Positions 16,185 through 20,000 of a stretch of 20,000 nt of DNA are shown here, piece after piece. The translations under genes were made by a program, and so were the position numbers. The stretch lies in the IMG/VR virus record IMGVR_UViG_3300046685_000084. One strand, 5' to 3'. This DNA comes from an uncultured virus (IMG/VR IMGVR_UViG_3300046685_000084) (Duplodnaviria; Heunggongvirae; Uroviricota; Caudoviricetes). The number at the start of each line of letters is the position of its first letter. Position 1 is the first letter of the stretch. The notes beneath the pieces were generated by a model. It was not told the origin of the DNA. It worked only from the letters and a program-made list of their open reading frames with translations, and did not search any database.

Positions 16185-16856
16185 ATGAATTTCAAAAAAT
16201 TAAAATCAGTAAAGAAAAGGTCGAAACTCTATATGTGGTTCGCCAATTTAAGTGCAAAACTCTCAGGTCGTTATGTAAAAGATTGTCATCCGGCATTTAT
16301 GTCGTTTGTTGAAAAACACAATCTTGCAACGGCTTCTATTTGGAACAATGCTTGGGCAGAGAGATATGAAGAAATAATGAAAATGCTTAACAGTGATGAT
16401 TATAAAAAATATTTCTATAATGCTGTTGACTATAAACGTGAAGCAGTGAAACCATTACCACAAAAATGGTATGTTATGATTTTCGATAAGATTGTTTATG
16501 GTCTGTCTAAAGCATATGTGTTTGTTTTTGAAAGGGAACTATATAGAAAAATCAAACAATTCGAACTTGTTTCTAAGGGTGTTGCTAATTTAATAAAGAA
16601 AACAGACGAATATATTGCTTCAACCACTTCGTTACAGAGATTGTCAAGAATGCAGGCACTTGGAATCATTTCATATCAGAGTTTTCAAGATGATTTTGAT
16701 ATTCTTGTTAATCGAATACCTCACGAAGTAATAGAAGAACGACATAAAAAAATAGATGAAGAACTTCAAGCAAAACTTCGAGTAAAATTGGCTACTGTTG
16801 ACGAGCATAGAAAATTACCTGATGAGGTTGTTAAATTACTTCGTAGAGAACAATGA
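16185..16856 (+). CDS. Hypothetical protein (223 aa)
   Basis: Long ORF in operon with an ATGA overlap to the next gene. Confidence 0.75.
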   Translation: MNFKKLKSVKKRSKLYMWFANLSAKLSGRYVKDCHPAFMSFVEKHNLATASIWNNAWAERYEEIMKMLNSDDYKKYFYNAVDYKREAVKPLPQKWYVMIFDKIVYGLSKAYVFVFERELYRKIKQFELVSKGVANLIKKTDEYIASTTSLQRLSRMQALGIISYQSFQDDFDILVNRIPHEVIEERHKKIDEELQAKLRVKLATVDEHRKLPDEVVKLLRREQ

Positions 16857-17746
16857 TAGAATTCTTTAAAAAGATATATTATTGGTGTTATATAAAGATT
16901 CATACAGTTATAATAGCAATTAGTATTGCTTTATATAATACTGAGCAGGAGATATTGAAAGCTGACCCGAATGATTTACAGGAACGTGATAAACGTGAAA
17001 CCCGTAAGCTACATAGGAATCAGACTCTTGAAAAATTCTATGCTGGTAAAACAGATGAAAAATACGTGAAAGATTATTACGAAATATTAAAAAAAGCCGA
17101 TAAGTTCATGCGTACAGCAACTCCGCATCAAATGGCTGTTGCTGCAGATAAATATGCTAAAGGTTATGGTGGTGAAGATAAACATGGCAATAAGTATGAA
17201 CATTTTGGTTTCTTCGATGAAAAACATAAGCATGCAGGTAAAACTCTTACGGAAGTTTTTAAAACAGAATACGATGAAAGGCGTACTAAAGATGATGACT
17301 TAGAACTCGTATACATCTTCAATAACAAGCCAATTGTTGCGGGAATGGGAAAGTTTTACGAAGCACTTGAGAAGTCTAAAGAAGAAAAGACTGAGTTTGA
17401 AGTTACTGTGGTAAAATCCTGGGAATTTCCTCTCAAGGTCAGTCGTGAAACTGAAGTGGTGAATAAAATTGAGCAACTCACGGAATTCTTGCACATTAAA
17501 AAGATTGGTTTTGAATATAGGCAACTTGAATTCTTCATTCCTGTGAAGTTTAAGACATCCGAACTTACTGAGGACTCAGATACCTTCAAGGAGATAATAA
17601 ATGCCAAGGAAGTCTATATAAAGGACGAATATGGTCAGTTACACGGTTTCTCTATCCTCAAATATTTTAAAAGAATAAATTATAACAATACCCACGATGT
17701 TTTGAAATTCGAAGGAATTGAAATGGAAAATGTGGGCATACACTAA
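16853..17746 (+). CDS. Hypothetical protein (297 aa) with a hydrophobic N-terminal stretch
   Basis: Long ORF; N-terminus IYYWCYIKIHTVIIAISIALY. Confidence 0.75.
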   Translation: MIEFFKKIYYWCYIKIHTVIIAISIALYNTEQEILKADPNDLQERDKRETRKLHRNQTLEKFYAGKTDEKYVKDYYEILKKADKFMRTATPHQMAVAADKYAKGYGGEDKHGNKYEHFGFFDEKHKHAGKTLTEVFKTEYDERRTKDDDLELVYIFNNKPIVAGMGKFYEALEKSKEEKTEFEVTVVKSWEFPLKVSRETEVVNKIEQLTEFLHIKKIGFEYRQLEFFIPVKFKTSELTEDSDTFKEIINAKEVYIKDEYGQLHGFSILKYFKRINYNNTHDVLKFEGIEMENVGIH

Positions 17747-17757
17747 AATCAAATAAT

Positions 17758-18180
17758 ATGTCAAAATTTTTAGATGACCTTAAAAATGCTGCAGATAAGG
17801 GTGAATTTAATTCCGAAGCAGCAAAAAAAATTATCGAAGTAGATAAACTTGCAGATAATGCAAATGTTGAAAATCTCGCAGACAGAATAGAAAAGGCAGG
17901 TGTTAAAACCGTTACCGAAGAAGAAGCATCAATAATTAATTCGGATTATGAAAAAAAGATGCTGGAAATTAAAGAAAAAGATTTAGCTTTGCATCAGATA
18001 GCGATACTCAAGGAAATTGATGAAACATTGATGTTAAGTCTCTATGATATGAAGGATTTTATTACAACTGTTGAAACTTCATTCGATAAGACTAAGCCAG
18101 TCAATGTCGAATTATTTCAAGAAGTAGAAAAAATCAAAAATAAATATAGTTCAATTATTAATCTCAATCAAATTATTTAA
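17758..18180 (+). CDS. Hypothetical helical protein (140 aa)
   Basis: ORF in operon with an A-rich leader. Confidence 0.75.
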   Translation: MSKFLDDLKNAADKGEFNSEAAKKIIEVDKLADNANVENLADRIEKAGVKTVTEEEASIINSDYEKKMLEIKEKDLALHQIAILKEIDETLMLSLYDMKDFITTVETSFDKTKPVNVELFQEVEKIKNKYSSIINLNQII

Positions 18181-18185
18181 ATTAA

Positions 18186-18650
18186 ATGGCAAAAATTGAA
18201 AAAGCATCTGATGACGTAAAACTTCTTTTCGAAGAAGTACGTGAGGAAACGACAATCCCTCAGTGGGTTGAATTCGAAGTCCTTTCAAGTAATAAACAAA
18301 AAGACCTTTATAAAATTGTTAAACTCAATGATATTGTTGAGACAATAACAGAAGGTTTGAACTTTGCGGTAGTTTTCAATGAAGAAATTCTTGACCAGCT
18401 TCCTGAAAACATGAAGAAAATGGCAATTGCAGAATGCCTTGCGGGTGTTTGTGTTGACGAAAATGATAAAGTATCATTGGAAAAACCTAACTTCAGCACT
18501 TACAGGGGCATTCTTGAGAAGTACGGACATGACCCAATCATAGTTCTGCATGAAAGTATCAAAAGTCTTTATGATAAGAGAAAACAAGAAGCAGACGAAG
18601 CAAAAGCACAGAAAAAAGGTAAAAGAGGTAAGAAAACCGCAGAGGTATAA
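18186..18650 (+). CDS. Phage metallopeptidase-like protein, probably catalytically inactive
   Basis: Overall pattern (hydrophobic strand, 'L....K..AI.E.L', 'F....GILEKYG') resembles the putative phage metallopeptidase family, but HExxH is absent (IAECLAG). Confidence 0.55.
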   Translation: MAKIEKASDDVKLLFEEVREETTIPQWVEFEVLSSNKQKDLYKIVKLNDIVETITEGLNFAVVFNEEILDQLPENMKKMAIAECLAGVCVDENDKVSLEKPNFSTYRGILEKYGHDPIIVLHESIKSLYDKRKQEADEAKAQKKGKRGKKTAEV

Positions 18651-18674
18651 AACAATTCTAATTTAAATTAAGAC

Positions 18675-18703
18675 AAATCCTGGCACATCGTCAGGATTTT
18701 TTT
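18675..18703 (+). terminator. Rho-independent terminator
   Basis: AAATCCTGGC-acatc-GTCAGGATTT stem (one G-U pair) plus T tract. Confidence 0.8.
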
Positions 18704-18711
18704 GTTTATTA

Positions 18712-18720
18712 GTATTTATA
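18712..18720 (+). promoter_or_regulatory. GTATTTATA putative late promoter of the baseplate operon
   Basis: Motif between the terminator and the gp25-like gene, 13 nt upstream of ATG 18734. Confidence 0.7.
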
Positions 18721-18733
18721 GAAAATCTTATAT

Positions 18734-19132
18734 ATGATTACTTACAATATCAAATTTCCTTTAAATGATAACTTGAGTACAAATACGTATTTTTTATTGA
18801 CCCAAGTAACTAAGGATGCGTTTAGTTCTGACCTGTTGTTATTACTGCTCACATCAAAGGGGGAAAGATATTATGAGCCAGATTATGGTACGAATTTATT
18901 AAAACACATTTTCGAACCAAACGATAATTTAACTGCAGATGATGTAGAAGAAGACGTAAGAAACACGGTATCGAAATACATCCCGAATTTAAAAATCAAT
19001 AAGATTACATTCAATTGGCTTTTAGATGATGCAGGAATGCCAATATCAGAAAACCAATTAAACGTAAAAATTAGTTTCACATATACCGAAGATAGTTTTA
19101 CAGAAGAAGGTCAATTAGATTTAAACTTTTAA
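18734..19132 (+). CDS. gp25: Baseplate wedge subunit, T4 gp25/GPW-like
   Basis: 'IKFP...LLLTSKGERYYEPDYGTNL..IFEP...V...VSKYIP' gp25 signature. Confidence 0.9.
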   Translation: MITYNIKFPLNDNLSTNTYFLLTQVTKDAFSSDLLLLLLTSKGERYYEPDYGTNLLKHIFEPNDNLTADDVEEDVRNTVSKYIPNLKINKITFNWLLDDAGMPISENQLNVKISFTYTEDSFTEEGQLDLNF

Positions 19133-19135
19133 AAT

Positions 19136-20000
19136 ATGGCAACAGATACAACAACAAACATAATTCAGTACGGAAGCAGAACATTTGGGCAAATTAGACA
19201 GGATTTAATTACTTTTATCAGGCAAGCATATCCTGAAGTACTCTCAGATTTTACTGATTCAAGTGTTGGCGCAATGTTAATCGACCTCAATGCAGGTGTC
19301 GGAAATAACTTAGCAATTAATACTGATAGGGCATTTCAAGAAACACAATTGGAGTATGCACAATTACGTGCTTCAATTCTAAACATTGCAAAAAATATGG
19401 GATTCAATATTCCCGGAAGACGACCTTCAGTAACAGTAATAGATTTTACCGTAACTGTTCCTGTACTCGGTGATAAACCCGATGCAAGCTATTATCCCAT
19501 TTTATCGCCTGGTGCGCAAGTGCTTGGCGGTGGAAAGATATTTGAAACCCAAGATACAATTGATTGGAGTTCTCCTGTTAGTAATCTTGGCGACCCTAAC
19601 CGTTCTATTATTCCCAATTTAGATTCAAATGGTATTATTGTAAGTTATGGTGTTACCAAAAGAGAAGTTGTTATCAATGGTAGTACAAACATATTTAAAA
19701 GAATTATAAACCCAAATGATGTTATACCATTTTTTCAGATAACTCTTCCAGACCCAGATGTAATTGAAATTGAAAATGTTATTTTATTAGAAGGCACAAA
19801 TTATACCACAAACCCCCCACTTGCAGATTTTTATACGAGCACAAACAGATTTTATGAAGTAGATTATCTTGCACAGCAAAGAGTTTTTGTTGAAAATACA
19901 AGTAGTTCTGTTAGTAGTACAGGTACTACGGAAGGCATAAAAGCAGCTCGTTGGATTGACGTAACAAAGAAATTTATAAAAGAATATACTCCAAATGGTT
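19136..20000 (+). CDS. gp6: Baseplate wedge protein, T4 gp6-like (3'-truncated; absent from the ORF track)
   Basis: ATG 19136 is open to the window end: MATDTTTNIIQYGSRTFGQIRQDLITFIRQAYPEVLSDFTDSSVGAMLIDLNAGVGNNLAINTDRAFQETQLEYAQLRASILNIAKNMGFNIP..., a gp6/baseplate-J N-terminal pattern. Follows gp25. Confidence 0.88.
   Translation, partial: MATDTTTNIIQYGSRTFGQIRQDLITFIRQAYPEVLSDFTDSSVGAMLIDLNAGVGNNLAINTDRAFQETQLEYAQLRASILNIAKNMGFNIPGRRPSVTVIDFTVTVPVLGDKPDASYYPILSPGAQVLGGGKIFETQDTIDWSSPVSNLGDPNRSIIPNLDSNGIIVSYGVTKREVVINGSTNIFKRIINPNDVIPFFQITLPDPDVIEIENVILLEGTNYTTNPPLADFYTSTNRFYEVDYLAQQRVFVENTSSSVSSTGTTEGIKAARWIDVTKKFIKEYTPNG

Noticed and set aside
1323..18720. Motif read as minus-strand T4 late promoters (TATAAATA) driving antisense genes
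   Set aside because: No credible minus-strand genes, and the spacing to + strand starts and position after + strand terminators favour + orientation. Antisense transcription cannot be excluded without data.
3359..19080. Short minus-strand ORFs and nested plus-strand ORF 5653..5841 in the ORF track
   Set aside because: All lie inside long, motif-bearing + strand genes and show no recognisable motifs; they are shadow ORFs.
1..20000. Stop-codon reassignment as in some large phages
   Set aside because: Genes are intact in code 11. TAG (13396, 14650) and TGA (12833, 16856) end genes at sensible boundaries next to promoters, terminators or overlapping starts.
1..20000. tRNA, rRNA or CRISPR arrays
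   Set aside because: Intergenic gaps are at most ~140 nt and are occupied by terminators and promoter motifs; no cloverleaf or repeat-spacer pattern seen.

Overview
AT-rich, gene-dense segment of a large (jumbo-type) tailed phage genome, probably a myovirus. All credible genes are on the + strand and use standard code 11 (TAA, TAG and TGA all act as stops). The right end encodes T4-like baseplate wedge proteins (gp25-like, then gp6-like running off the window), preceded by a GT-B glycosyltransferase and hypothetical genes. The left 14.6 kb is a cluster of modular enzyme genes: a Nudix fusion; a WYL protein; a 1711-aa polyvalent protein (three kinase-fold domains, a zincin-like domain, a ParB/Srx domain and several unknown domains); a free-standing LAGLIDADG endonuclease; a 979-aa fusion of a CCA-type nucleotidyltransferase with an Acb1/gp57B-like 2H phosphoesterase, an unknown domain and a second 2H domain; a PD-(D/E)XK nuclease; a Swiss-Army-Knife-type HAD phosphatase; and a ParB plus ART-like protein. 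A GTATTTAT(A/T) motif sits upstream of seven genes and is a putative late promoter. Main hypothesis (inference): a late-expressed, capsid-packaged counter-defence arsenal made as polyproteins and cut at [L/I/V]-x-E linkers by a T4 gp21-type prohead protease. It would include a tRNA 3'-end repair module and a ~170-aa domain I cannot assign that is shared by both giant proteins. All family calls come from motif recognition by eye; no database searches were run.
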